Shown one piece after another: positions 27,656 through 40,305 of a stretch of DNA of 64,000 nucleotides (position 1 is the first letter of the stretch; each line of letters begins with the position of its first letter). Below the pieces are notes generated by a model. It saw nothing but the letters and a program-made list of their open reading frames with translations, was not told the origin of the DNA and searched no databases. Origin of the DNA: Camelus ferus (taxonomy: Eukaryota); assembly GCF_009834535.1 (NCBI RefSeq), contig NC_045697.1, forward strand, positions 87,112,001 to 87,176,000, in the 5' to 3' direction. Position numbers and translations under genes: made by a program.

Positions 27656-28641
27656 CTCCTCCTCCTGCATATAGATGAGTGAAGAGAAATTGTATTTTTA
27701 AGAGTGCATTTTGCATAAGAATGACAGGATGTGAAGGACAAATGTGTATTTTATAAAATATACAGCATTATTTGAGTATTGTTTAATGGTACTATAAAAA
27801 AGTTTTAGGACGTGGGTGATTAGAATATGGTGTATAAAATGTGCCCTAAATATGCTGTTAGAAACAAAACAGTCTTAAGAAATGATTAAAAAAAAATTTC
27901 CTATTATAATGAAATGAATAGACTGAGTTTTCACCACCTGTCTTGTCTGGAGGAAATAGTAGTAGGAAGAAAACAGGAAACAGAAGAATTAAAGTAAGTT
28001 TCCTATGCTTATGCTGAAAGGTAGAGATTTTGTCTTTGGCCTAAAACTGGAAAGAAAATTAAAAAGGACTGTTCTGGGTATCAAAGGAATAATGCCTGTA
28101 GTCCAACTTTGGCTACATTTAATTAAGGTGTTTGGCCTTGTAAATTGGGTAGCATACTTTACAATCCTATTGCCTGTTAACCCACAATCGCTATGTCATG
28201 ATGACCTTAAGTAAGTGTGTTGGAATGGAGAGTATTCTTGGACTGTCAGAGGACTGAAATTGATATCATTATATGACCCATATGTTGTTCATTTTTAGTG
28301 TCTTTTTTGATCAATATTTCAGTTTCATATAGTCTGGGGAAACTGAAGCTGGAGAACTCATGGGATTTGGTGATTGAGCAAGGGAAGTGAGATGTGTCTC
28401 AAGAATCACATTATTCTACTTCCTGCTATATCATATTTACATGTCAAACACGTTAGCTGTAATGTAGCACACTAGGCTGAGTAAGGTGTTTGCTTGGGGG
28501 TCTCTGGTAGTATCCTGAAGTCTCCACAGACCTTTTACCCCAGTTCCCAACACTCCTCCTCCTGCATATAGATGAGTGAAGAGAAATTACATCCTCAAGA
28601 GTCCATTTTGCATAAGAATGACAGGATGTGAAGGACAAATG
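27655..28641 (+). repeat. 90-bp direct repeat, copies at 27655-27744 and 28552-28641 (84/90 identical)
   Basis: actcctcctcctgcatatagatgagtgaagagaaatt...cattttgcataagaatgacaggatgtgaaggacaaatg occurs twice. Confidence 0.95.
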
Positions 28642-29970
28642 AAGATTAATGAGATTGTATGGTGTCATGTAGTCACATTGTTTTTAGATTGATGACGGCC
28701 TGGATGTCCACAGCATCAGGAGACTTTAGAACAACGAACAACTGAATTATTTTTGATGTCCAAATAATATTTAAAAGCCCAAACTCTAGGAGTTTATATT
28801 GTTTTTTGTTAGACTGTTGCTTATGTGGACCCTTTAGAGGAGTATAGTGTTCAATCCGTGATATTTCGTACATTTGTGTTGCGTATTAAGGAAGAAATGA
28901 TCGTGTCTTCTTTCTCTGGTGTGAAACAAGCTTCAAAAATTTTTTTATAATGAATCTTTTTAAATTTAGTCCCTTTGGTTACTTTTAGTACGGATGCTTG
29001 TTATATAATATGCTCTCAATAATAATTACTATTATAAGTATTACCTCTCACATGAAACCTAGTTTTCTCATAGTAGTAAATTTATAGAATTTTAAAAATT
29101 CTGATCAGATTGCTCAATTGAGGAAGATTTCGAAAGTTATGTAGAGGTCTTGAGTAATTCAGTGTTCAAAATTATTTTCTAACTTAGTGTGTTTAACTCA
29201 TCAAAGTAATAAACTAGCATTAGTTTTCCTTCCAGTTTTTCTGGAAGATAAGTTATGGGTTAAATATGACTTAATATTTCTGTTTCTTAAATACTGTAAG
29301 TTAAAAGTTGGTTTTATTTGATGTCTTTGTAACATGGAAAATATTAGCATGTTTAGAAATGTCAGCACATGAGAAGCTAAATACATGTAGTTTCCACTTT
29401 TCAAATGAATTGTGTTCTAGAAATACTCTCAGAAAGGTTACAGATACGTTTGTAAATGGATTTCCTCTCCACTCTTCCAAGTTACAATTTAAATGTTCTG
29501 TTCATCTATTATTGCTGTTCTCGGTTTAGTCAGAACTAAAAACCATACTGCTTGACCTAACAGATGTTAAAAGTTTAAATGGATCATAATTCTCTACCTT
29601 CCTGTAAGTATTTAAGGAAAAGATGCTTAATCATCTTTAATATTATTTATCAAAATGGTGTAGAAAGTATTAGTGTGTTAGAATCTGAGCCACAGTGTAG
29701 TCAGATCTAGGTGGCTTCCTCCAAGGTCATATTCCAATTTCAGCTTTACCATCCTTTACAGGACTCTTGGAAGTAGTTTTATTGTTGTTACTGAGTATTT
29801 GTGTGTTTCTTTTTTGTTTTTTTAAAAAGTGCAAAGTGTTTTCACTGTATCTATTATAGCAACCACTATAAGGGTTTCAGCTTTGGAAGGATGGGAAGAA
29901 GAGTAAGTTGGTCAGAGGTTATATGGATCATATCTCATTTAGATGTTGATAAGATAAGGACTGTCTGTCC

Positions 29971-30273
29971 CAGGGATCAGGCAGTTATGACCTGTGCACC
30001 ACATCGTGTCCATCACTTGTGTTTGTACATCCCATGACCTAAGAATGATTTTTATATATTTAAATGGTTGGGAAAATACGATGACTTTGCGACATGTGAA
30101 AATAATGTGAAATTCAAATTTCAGTCCTCATAAATACACTGATTTTTATTTAATGTAGTGTCTGTGACTATTTGTACTACTACTGTAGAGTAGTTACAGT
30201 AGAGACTTATGGGCCTGTAAAGCCTAAATTATTTACCACTTGGACCTCTACAGAAAAAGTTTACTGGCCATTG
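29971..30273. mobile_element. MER58B-like hAT-Charlie MITE
   Basis: ctaagaatgatttttatatatttaaatggttgggaaaa...tgaaattcaaatttcagt...aagcctaaattatttacc...acagaaaaagttt. Confidence 0.8.
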
Positions 30274-30909
30274 ATCTTTCTTTGTAAGCTTTTAGCAGTT
30301 TAGTAAAAGACCCTATGTCTGTTCACATATGAGCCACAAAGTTTTTCTAAAGATTGTTTAAATACATTTATTGCATAAATTTTCTGAAGATAAATTATTT
30401 GAGTTTATAATATAAGCTGTGCTTAAAATAAACCAATAATAGTAGTAAGGGTGTATTAACTTCTTGTTCTTTAAACTACCTTTAATCTCTTCTTGAACAT
30501 TCTTTTAATATTTAATCTTTTCAAGTCCATTTTCTTGGACTAAATAATTAGTCTTTCCAGCTTAATGACGCACCAAAATCCAAAAATATAGAAATGCAGT
30601 TTTTTATAGTATGAAAACTGGTAAATATTTATTCATGACATCTCAGTCTTAAAGTTGCATTGCTTTTTTGCTTTTTATCATTGTGTGTTGAAATCCTTTT
30701 GTAGTATTTGTCATGATTGGAATTTTCAGTCTAGATATTTAAATTTGGAGGAGTTAAGAGTCTGTGTTTATATATTTGCTTAGTAAATAGTATTTGATGC
30801 CAGCACCGTGCAAATAGTATGTTTATCTTCTATTAAAGAAAGAGTAATAACATAATAAAATACATATTGCCCTTGATACCCAAGTCCTAAGAGAAATTAA
30901 TTCTTTCAA

Positions 30910-31680
30910 GATTGGAGAGAACTGGAAGGTCTGATGGTTTAGTTATCTTTCTGATGCATTGATCTTTTTATAAAATTTCTACCCATCATTTCTCCATCCT
31001 TTGCTCACTCACCTGTACTTGTGGGGAACCTGTTAACTCATGAAATAAACCATACATCTTTGCCTCAGACTGTCAGGAAGTTCTTTATTCTACTGAACCA
31101 GCTGTTGTTTTCCTGTCTACAGCTTCTACACACCAGCCTGTTTCTTCTCCAAAATGCTATAAAGAACAGTTTTTAATACCTCTTCTATGTGGTTCTTTAT
31201 TTTTGAAAGCTGTGTCATATGTCTTATCTTTACATTCCATCTCACCAACCAGTCTTTTCTCCTCCAGGCTTGATTGATGTCTTGTTTTATTTCATGTGGT
31301 ACCCTTATTCCATCTTCAGCATTCTTACCCTTTTTTTCCCCCTGAACTATTGTCTGTTTGTTCCTTTCTCTCTGAAATTATGGTATCTGCAAATGAATAT
31401 ACTATAATTAAGTTTTAATGTGATCAGTACAAAGCTTACTGAGACACTTAATGCTTTTAACCTGAATATTATGCACCAGCTAATGCATTCCAGGACTGTA
31501 TTAGTTTCTTTGCCAGCTCAGTCACGCTGTGGACTACTATTGAATTTAAAATCATCAGGAATAAAACAAAAGCAAAACTCAAGCATCCAGCTCTTTTCTC
31601 AAAATCTTTTGCTAAGTAATAACTTTACTGCCTTGGGCTTATACTATTACTTTGACTTAAGAATTAAGTTAAACTGTGAG
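30910..31680 (-). mobile_element. L3/CR1 LINE remnant
   Basis: actgtcaggaagttctt and taatgcattccaggactgtattagtttctttgccagctcagtcacgctgtggact resemble the antisense CR1/L3 3' region. Confidence 0.6.
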
Positions 31681-31685
31681 ATCTC

Positions 31686-34600
31686 ATGACCAGGCCCCCC
31701 AAGCCTTCACTCCCTCCAGCTCCAGCTGGCCTGCCGAAGCTGTGCAGCACATCAAGTCTGCACAAGGAATGCTTCTACACAAACCCATACCTTTAAGACC
31801 AGGAGAGGTAACCATTTCACCTAATTCATAGAAACAAACAGAAAATCAAGCAAAATGAGAAGACAAATGAATGTGTTCCAAACGAAAGAAGAACATACAA
31901 CTGCAGGTTGTGGCCAAGAAAACCGTAATGAAATGGAGATCTGTATTTACCTGACAAAAGAGTTAAAATTAATGGTCCTAAAGATGCTCATTAACTTGGG
32001 AGAAGAATGGAGGAATACAGTGAAAATGTCAACAAAGAGTTAGAAAATATAAGAAAGAACCAATCAAAGCTGAAGAACACAGTAACTGAAATGAAAAATA
32101 CACTAGAGAGAATCAACAGCAGATTAGAAAACTTAGAAGAACAGATCAGTGATCTGGAAGTCAGAATAATGGAAATCACCCAATCAGAACAGCAGAAATG
32201 AAAAAAGCATACTAACATTTGCCTCCCTGAAGGAAGAGAAAGAGAAAGGGAGAGAAAACTTATTTGATAGAATAATAGCAGAAAACTTTCTTACCCTGGA
32301 AGAGGAAACTGATATCCATGTCCAGGAAATACAATTCCAAATGAGATGAATCCAAAGAGATCCATACCAAGGCGCATTATAAATAAAATGACAAAAATTA
32401 AAGATTATGAAAAATTTAAAGGCAGCAAGAGAAAAACAACTACTATTGACCTTTGAACAATGTGGATTTGAACTCTGATGGTCCACTTATACGCAGATAT
32501 TTTCCTGTAGTGAATACTGTAATACTACATGATCTATAGTTGGTTGAATCGCTGGATGTGGAGGAACCGTGGATACTGAGAGCTGACTATAAATTATATG
32601 CAGGTTAACTAACCTCCGTGGTGTTCAAAGGTCAACTGTAGTTACATCCAAGGGAACTGACATTAAGACTGTCAGCTGATTTTTCAGCAGGCACTGAAAA
32701 TTAAAAGTTTTGAAAGAAAAAAACTTAGAACTCAAGAATACTCTATCTGGCAAGGTTTATCATTTAGAACTGAAGGAGAGATAAAAGTTGCCCAGATAAG
32801 CAAAAACTAAAGGAGTTAATCACCACTAAACTGGCCTTACAAGAAATGCTAAAGGGTCTTCCTTAAACATAAAAGGCCATAACTAGAAATAAGAAAATAT
32901 ATGAAAGAAAAAAATCTCACTGGTAAAGGCAAATTTAAGCCAAATGCAGTGGATCAACCACTTCAAAAGCTAGTATGAAGGTTAAAATAAGAAAGTAATA
33001 AATTAAGTTATAACTACAATAAGAAGTTAAGGATACACAAAATAGAAAGTTGTATATATTACATCAAAACATAAAACATGGGAGAAGGAGTAAAAATGTA
33101 ATGCTTTTTAGAATGAATTTGTCTTAAGCGACTGTCAGCTTAAAACAGATAGCTATATATATGTATGAAACTCATGGTAACCACATATCAAAAAACTTCA
33201 ATAGAAACAAAAAATAAAGAGAAAGGAAATCAAACATTATCAAACCACAAGGCAAGAGACCAAGAGAAGAAGACAGGAACACAGAACTACAAGAACAACC
33301 AGAAAACAATTAGAATAGTAATACTTACTTTAAATGCACAAATGAAAAGACCTATGGTGACTGAATGGATAAAAAAGATGCACCTATATGCTGCCTACAA
33401 GAGACCTTTTTCAAATCTAAAGCCACACAGACACTGAAAGTATATGGATGGGCAAAGATATTTTATGCAAATGGAAACAAAGAGAAAGCTGGGGTAGCAA
33501 TAGTCATTTCAGACAAAGTAGACTTTAAACAAAGACTGTAACAAGGGACAAGGTGCCAGTCTAAGAAGAAGACATAACATTTGTAATTATTTGTGTACCC
33601 AACATAGGAACACCTAAATATATAAAGCAAATATAAACAGACCTAAAGGGAGAAATTGATGGCAAAGTAATAATAGTAGGGGCCTTTAATATCCCACTTA
33701 TATCAACAGATAGATCATCCAGACAGAAAATCAATCAGGAAGCACTGGCCTTGAATGACACATTAGGTCATGTTGAATTATCAACAGTTCATCCAAAAAC
33801 TGCACAATACACATTAAAGAATGAATGGCACATTTTCCAGAATAGATCACATGTTAGGCCACAAAACAAGTCTCAGTAAATTTAAAAGATTGAAATCATA
33901 TCAGGCATCTTTTCTGAATGCAACAATATGAACTTAGAAATAAATTACAGGAAGGAAACTGGAAAAATACAGCACATGGAGACTAAACAACATATTATTA
34001 AGCAACTAATGGGTCAACAAGGAAATCAAAGAGGAAATGAAAAAATATCTTGAGTCAAATGAAAATGGTAACACAACTTTTCAAAATCTATGGGACACAG
34101 CAAAAGCAGTTTTAAGATGAAAGTTCATATCAGTCAAGCGTACCTCCTCAAGAACCAAATATATTGTTAACAATCTATCTTCATAGTTAAAGCCACACTC
34201 ATGAAAAAAAGAGGACCCAAATATATGAAATCAGAAATGAAAGAGGAGATCTTATAACCAATACCACAGAAACCCAAAGAATCATAAGACTCATAAAAGT
34301 TCTTGGAACATGCAGTCTTGCAAGACTAAAGGAAATGGATAAATTCATAGAAACATGCAATCTTCCAAGACTGAAACAGGAAGAAATAGAAAACCTGAAC
34401 AGACCAATTAGTAGTAATGAAATTGAATCATGTATTAAAAAGCTCCAACAAACAAAAGTCTGGGACCAGATGGCTTCACAGATGAATTCTGGTGAATATT
34501 TAAAGAAGAGTTAATGCCTATCATTCTCAAACTATTCTAAAAAAATTAAGCAATTGGAAACATTCTTAAACTCATTCTCCAAGATGCACATTAGTTACTC

Positions 34601-36462
34601 TGATACCTAAACCAGACGAAGACATCATACACAAAAAAGAAAATTACAAGCCAATATTCCTGGTGAACATAAAAGCAAAAATCCTGAGTAAAATATTAGC
34701 AAACAAAATTATTAAACCAAATAACATTAAAAAGATCACACGCTTTGATCAAGTGGGATACATTCCAGGGATGTAAGGATAGTTCAATATCTTCAAATTG
34801 ATCAACATGGAATATACCATATTAGCAGAACAAAAAATGGAAAGGGATGCTATGCTCATGGATTGAAAGAATCGATATTGTTAAACTGTCCGTATTATCC
34901 AAAGCAATCTACAGACTCAGTGCAGTCCCTATCAAAATTCCAATGGCATTTTTCATAGAGCTAGAACAAATAATCCTAAAATTTGTATGAAACAACAAAA
35001 GACCAAGGATAGCTAAAGCAGTCTCGAGAAAGAAGTGCAAAGCTGGAAGCATCCTGCTCCCTGATTTCTAACTATCCTACAGAGCTACAGTAATCTAAGT
35101 GGTATCGTACTGTCACAGAAACAGACACATAGATTAATAGAACAGAAAAGAGAGCCCAGGAATAAACGTATGCTTATATAGTCAATTAATCGATGTCAGT
35201 GGAGATAAGAATATACAATGGAGAAAAGACAGTCTCTTCAATAAATGGTGTTGGGAAAACTGGAGAGCTACATGCAAAAGAATGAAACTGGATCACTTAT
35301 ACCATATGCAAGTAAGCTCATAAGGAATTAAAGGTTTAAATGTAAGACCTAAAACCATAAAACTCCTAGAAGAAATCATAGTCAGCTCCTTGACATCTGT
35401 CTTGGCAATATTTTTTTGGATCTGTCTCCTGACAACAGCAAAAATAAATGGGACTACGTTATACTAAAAAGCTTTTTGCACAGTGAAGGAATTTTTCAAC
35501 ATAATGAAAATGCTGCCTGCTGAATGAGAGGAGATATTTGCAAATGATATACCCAGTAAGGGGTTAATATCCAAAATATACAAAGAGCTCGTACAACTTA
35601 ACATCAGAAGACAACTTGATTAAAAAATGGGCAAGGAATAGACATTTTTCCAGAGGACAGCAGACACATGAAACAATGCTCAACATCATAATCATCAGAG
35701 AAATGCAAATCAAAACCACAATGAGATATTACCTTACATCTGTCAGAATGAGTGTTATCAGGAAGACAACAAATAACAGGTATTAGTGAGGGTCAAGTGG
35801 AACTACCATATGACTCAGCAATTCCACTTCTGGAATTTATTATTTATCTGAAGAAAAACTCTAAGACAAAAAAGATATATTCTCCCCCGTGCTTGTTGCA
35901 GCATTACTTACATAGCCAAGATTTGGAAGCAAACTAAGTGCCCGTCAATAGATGAGTGGGTAAAGAAGATGTCACACACACACACCACACACACGGTGGA
36001 AATTACTGAGTCATAAAAAAGAATGAAATCTTGCCATTTGTGCCAATATGGATGTACCCTAGAGGATATTATGGTAAGTGAAATGAGTCAGACAGGGAAA
36101 AATATATACTATATGATTTCAGTTACATGTAGCATCTACAAAGCATAAGAAATAAACAAACAAAAGAAACAGACTTATAGATACAGAAAATAAACTAATG
36201 GTTGCCAGAGTGGAGAGGAGTGAAGGAATGGGCGTAAAAGGTGAAGGAAATTTAAGGAGTACAAACTTCCAGATATAAATTGGCTCTGGGATGTAATGTG
36301 CTGCATAGAGAATATAGTCAGTAATATTGTTGTAACTTGGTGTGGTGACAGGTGGCAACTAGACCTGTGATGATCATTTCATATTGTGTACAAATAATCA
36401 AGTCACTATTTGTACACCTGAAACTAATATAATACTGTAAGTCAGTTATACTTCAATAAAAA
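31686..36462 (+). mobile_element. Long degenerate L1 (L1MA9-like): 5'UTR end, ORF1, ORF2 with deletions, 3' end
   Basis: ORF1 coiled coil (LKNTVTEMKNTLERINSRLENLEEQISDLE); endonuclease- and RT-flanking motifs; 3' end gtacacctgaaactaatataatactgtaagtcagttatacttcaataaaaa. Confidence 0.93.
32443..32638. mobile_element. Tigger2a-type MITE inserted in L1 ORF1
   Basis: TIRs ctattgacctttgaaca / tgttcaaaggtcaactg (15/17); TA duplication on both sides; removing it restores L1 aaacaacTAgttaca. Confidence 0.9.
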
Positions 36463-36465
36463 ATG

Positions 36466-36800
36466 GAATGAATGATATACACTGTAACATGAATGAAATT
36501 TAGGGACACTTCTCTAAGTAAAAGAAGATATAAAAGATTATGTATTATATCATTTCATTTATATAAATTTCTAGGAAAGTCAAACCTATAGTGATAGAAA
36601 GCAGATTATTGATTGTCTAGTGCTAAGCGTGGGAGTGGAGATTGACTACTAAAATCGAGAAGGAAAATTTTCCAGATAATGAAAATATCCTAAAACTAGA
36701 CTTCATTGATGATTGCACTACAGACACTGAACTGTACACTTTAAATGGGTGGATTTTATGGTATGTAAACTATATCTCAATAAAATAAAATGAAATAAAA
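36466..36800 (+). mobile_element. Older L1MB/ME-type 3' end
   Basis: atagtgatagaaagcagatta...cactgaactgtacactttaaatgggtggattttatggtatgtaaactatatctcaataaa. Confidence 0.8.
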
Positions 36801-37084
36801 TTGGGGGGGTGAATGAGACATGCAGACACACGTTAAGGGATCTTGGTTTCTAATTCTAGTTCTTTTGCTAACAAACTGTGTGTTCATTTGACCTCTGTTT
36901 CTGTGCCTGTCAAAGACGTACTAGATAATCCCTGATATATCACTCATGTTCTATAATTCTCTTATTTTGTGACACAGAGATAGTAATAAAGATTCCACAT
37001 GCTACATGAAAGGATACTATTTACCAAATTTCTGAAGTTCTTGTTTTGGTATTTTAGGTTTTATGGTTTTTTAAGTTTTTTTAG

Positions 37085-37144
37085 GTATCACCTTGTCAAA
37101 CTTTCTTGTTATTGAAAAGTTCCTTTCTTCAAACAGGTTGTAAA
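37085..37144 (+). other. SPATA5: Candidate alternative/recursive-splice exon of SPATA5 (60 nt, in frame, VSPCQTFLLLKSSFLQTGCK)
   Basis: T-rich tract then ttttttag|GTATCA; donor AAA|gtaagc. Open in phase 0. The peptide resembles the recalled (unverified) human isoform tail VPPSQTFLLL. Confidence 0.55.
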
Positions 37145-37714
37145 GTAAGCAAATATTATCCAGGTGTGCAAAAATGACCTTTTTTTTAAACAACTTGATT
37201 GTCAGCAAAGAGGGGGAAAGCCGTGAATCAGCCTTAAAGCTGCTGTTGTGTAATGGAAAACTTGGTTGACAGTTGAAGAACACCTTAACTTCTTCGCTGA
37301 AAATTTATTACTCTTTGAAAAAGGAAAACTTGTTGAACTGCATATTTTCTCTTTTAACAGTTGCCTGTTCAGCCTGTAATATTTTGGTCTATTTAATATA
37401 CTATTTTAAAAAAATCTTCTATGAATGTAAAAATAGTTTTGAGTTAAAACAGACATGTTTAACTATATTATTTAAAATCGAGTTGCTTTTAAGTTTGAAA
37501 AAGCTTCTTTGCTTGGATTATTAATGCTTATAGAATACCATATTTGGGAACTAATGTTAAGTGTAGCCAAGTACTAAATCCTAAGCCGTGTATTGAATGT
37601 TTTAAAGTCATTAGTAGAAGGGCTAATTTGGAATTTGGTAATTATTTTTAAAGGGCATAGAGAGTGTTAACAATGATACTCCATTTTTGTGTCTGGCATT
37701 CTATTCAGTATTCA

Positions 37715-37738
37715 GTGTGTGTGTGTGTGTGTGTGTGT
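37715..37738. repeat. (GT)12 microsatellite
   Basis: Perfect GT run. Confidence 0.95.
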
Positions 37739-38068
37739 TTGGAAGGGGTTTGCAAAAGTATCAGCGGGGCATGTAATAAAAGAAAACTCAGTTCTTTTAG
37801 ATATGTGCAAAATACAACTTGAAGTACAGATAAATTTTAAAATATTATAATCATAAAACATAAACAATCTAAACTTTGTCTGCAGTAATGTACTGGCATA
37901 TACATCAGAGTAAAGTTGGAAAAGTAGAGTTTTAGATCTCATACTCTTTGGTCTCTATCATCTGTGTTCTTTATTTGACAATAAATTTGGTATTGCAGTT
38001 ACACTTTTTGGACACAAGATGGTGATGCTCACTCAAAATGTTTCCTGAGTGTAGGATCTATTGCTTTT

Positions 38069-39010
38069 ATTTTATTTTATTTTTTTAGTCATCAGTTACT
38101 TTTTTACTTATTTATTCATTCATTTATTTAAGTATAATTGATTTACAATATTGTATTACTTTCAGATGTAGAGTATAGTGATTCAGTATTTTTTACAATT
38201 TATACTCCATTAAAAGTTATTACAAGTTAAGGGTTATAATTCCCTATGCTATACAGTATATTTTTTGTTGCTAATCTATTTTATACATAATAATTTGTAT
38301 CTCTTAATCCAGTACTTCTAATGTGCCCCTCTTTCCCTCTCCCCAAACTACTAGTTTGTTTTCTCTATCTGTGAGCCTGTTTCTGTTCTGCTATATAAAT
38401 TCTTTTAACATTTTTTAGATTCCACATATAAGTCATATCACACAGTATTTGTCTTTCTGACTTATTTCAGTATATATAAGCAACTCATACAACTCAATAT
38501 CAAAAAAAGCAAATAACTTGATCAAAAAATGGGCAGAAGACCAGAACAGACCTTTTTTCAAAGAAGACATACAGATGGCCAACAGGCACATAAAAAGATG
38601 CTCAACATCACTAATTATTAGAGAAATGCAAGTCAAAACCACAATGAGATATCACCTCACACCTGTCAGAATGGCTATCATCAAAAAGTTTACAAATAAC
38701 AAATGTTGGCGATGATGTGGAGAAAAGGGAACCCTTGTACACTGTTGGTGGTAAATTGGTGCAGCCACTATGGAAAACAGTATGGAGATGCCTCAAAAAA
38801 CTAAAAATAGAACTACCATATGATCCAGCAATCCAATTCCTGGGTATATATTCTGAAAAAATGAAAACTCAATTCAAAAAGATACATGCACCCCTATATT
38901 CATAGTAACTATTTATAGTAGTCAAGATATGGAAGCAACCCAAGTGTCCATCAACAGATGAATGGATAAAGAAGGTGTGGTATGTTTATATATACAATGG
39001 AATATTACTC
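38069..39010 (-). mobile_element. 5'-inverted (twin-primed) L1: 3' part on minus (38069-38469), inverted part on plus (38470-39010)
   Basis: Orientation switch at cttatttca|gtatatataag; flanking TSD aggatctattgctttt (38053-38068) / aggatctactactttt (39011-39026). Confidence 0.9.
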
Positions 39011-39439
39011 AGGATCTACTACTTTTAGAAGCTTCCCCTCCTGAAACCAATGGATGAACAGCTAGCTTTGCTTTTAAAAATAGTTTGAAATTTTTGTGTG
39101 TGTTTGTGGCCTACTGCATAACTTATTTAACAAATAACAATTTAAGTGTAGGTTTATGTAAGTTTGGGCTAGGGGAGGTGGGAACATTAAGAAAAGGGAA
39201 ATTTTTGACAGTAGAGAGAGAACTAGCAGTCATTAGGTGTACACTATCCATCAGGCATTTGTTGGGTGATTTATATATGATATCTAATTGATTCTAGTCA
39301 AAGCACTCTATTAGCTCAGTAAATTGTACATAATTAGTAATGTGTGTATTCTTTCATAAAAACCATGGATACCATCAAGTTAGTATCTTTAGACAGTTTT
39401 AAGCAAGGTTGTCACTCTGTTTTTTTTTTTTAAACAAAT

Positions 39440-39556
39440 AGTTTCTTATATAGTTAAACATATACTTATCATACTATATGGCAGTCCATCTCCTAGGTAT
39501 TTATCCAAGAGAAATTAAAACATTTGTCCACACAAAGATCTATAAGTAAATGTTTA
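39440..39556 (+). mobile_element. Short old L1M fragment
   Basis: gttaaacatatactta...ctcctaggtatttatccaagagaaattaaaacatttgtccacacaaaga. Confidence 0.7.
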
Positions 39557-40164
39557 AATTTTAAAATTATGAAAATGTACTTTTCCTTTTTTCCTTAGTT
39601 TATTTTAATGCTAGATTATACTCTTGTCTCCTGGAAGGAGCAGTGCAGTTGAATCAGTTCAGTGCTTTGGATCAGTCATTATGTTGTATATCAAGTAATA
39701 GTGTTGGCTTTTCAGTAGCTTTTTAATCTCTTATGCCAGTAAAATGTATGGCGAAAGGTTATTTATTTGATGACATTTGCTGACAGACTTATTCAGAGGT
39801 AAATTTTGTTATGGAAAAAGCAAGTATAAGCAAATTATAATACTTATGCCTTTTGGAAATCTTGATTCTGAAACTTTTTTAGATATTAAAGTGCAAAAAA
39901 GGAACATTTGATGTAATAAGATAAAAACAAAAGATAGTATATTTTATGTAAATAGAAAGGTGAAGACAATTAAATATTAATATGTGGGAAAGGTGAGCAA
40001 AGTTATATTTTTTAAAATTATGTATAAGGTACTTTGGATATTTAAGAGTTCTTCATTATTCCATATTTTCAGGCTTAAAGGTGTGTTCGTTTCCTCTTCT
40101 TGATAAAATGTAAGCGTGCATTTTCAAAGACCAGTAGGAGGCTGATATTTTATTGAGTGCAGTG

Positions 40165-40305
40165 ACTTTATGAGGTAGGAGCTATGACTGCCCGTTTTAC
40201 AGCTGAGGAAACTGTTACTTAAAAAGATTAATGAAATTGCCTAATTTAGTGGAGCTGGCAGTTTAACAAATTCAGGCAGTTTCAGAAGTCACACTGTAAA
40301 CCACT
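40165..40305 (-). mobile_element. MIR SINE
   Basis: tatgaggtagg...cccgttttacagctgaggaaactg...tagtggagctgg. Confidence 0.75.

Noticed and set aside
28453..28873. Processed pseudogene on the minus strand
   Set aside because: Translations show no recognisable protein, and no polyA or TSD was found.
31855..35940. Functional L1 ORF1/ORF2
   Set aside because: Many stops and frameshifts, a MITE insertion and a large deletion in the RT region.
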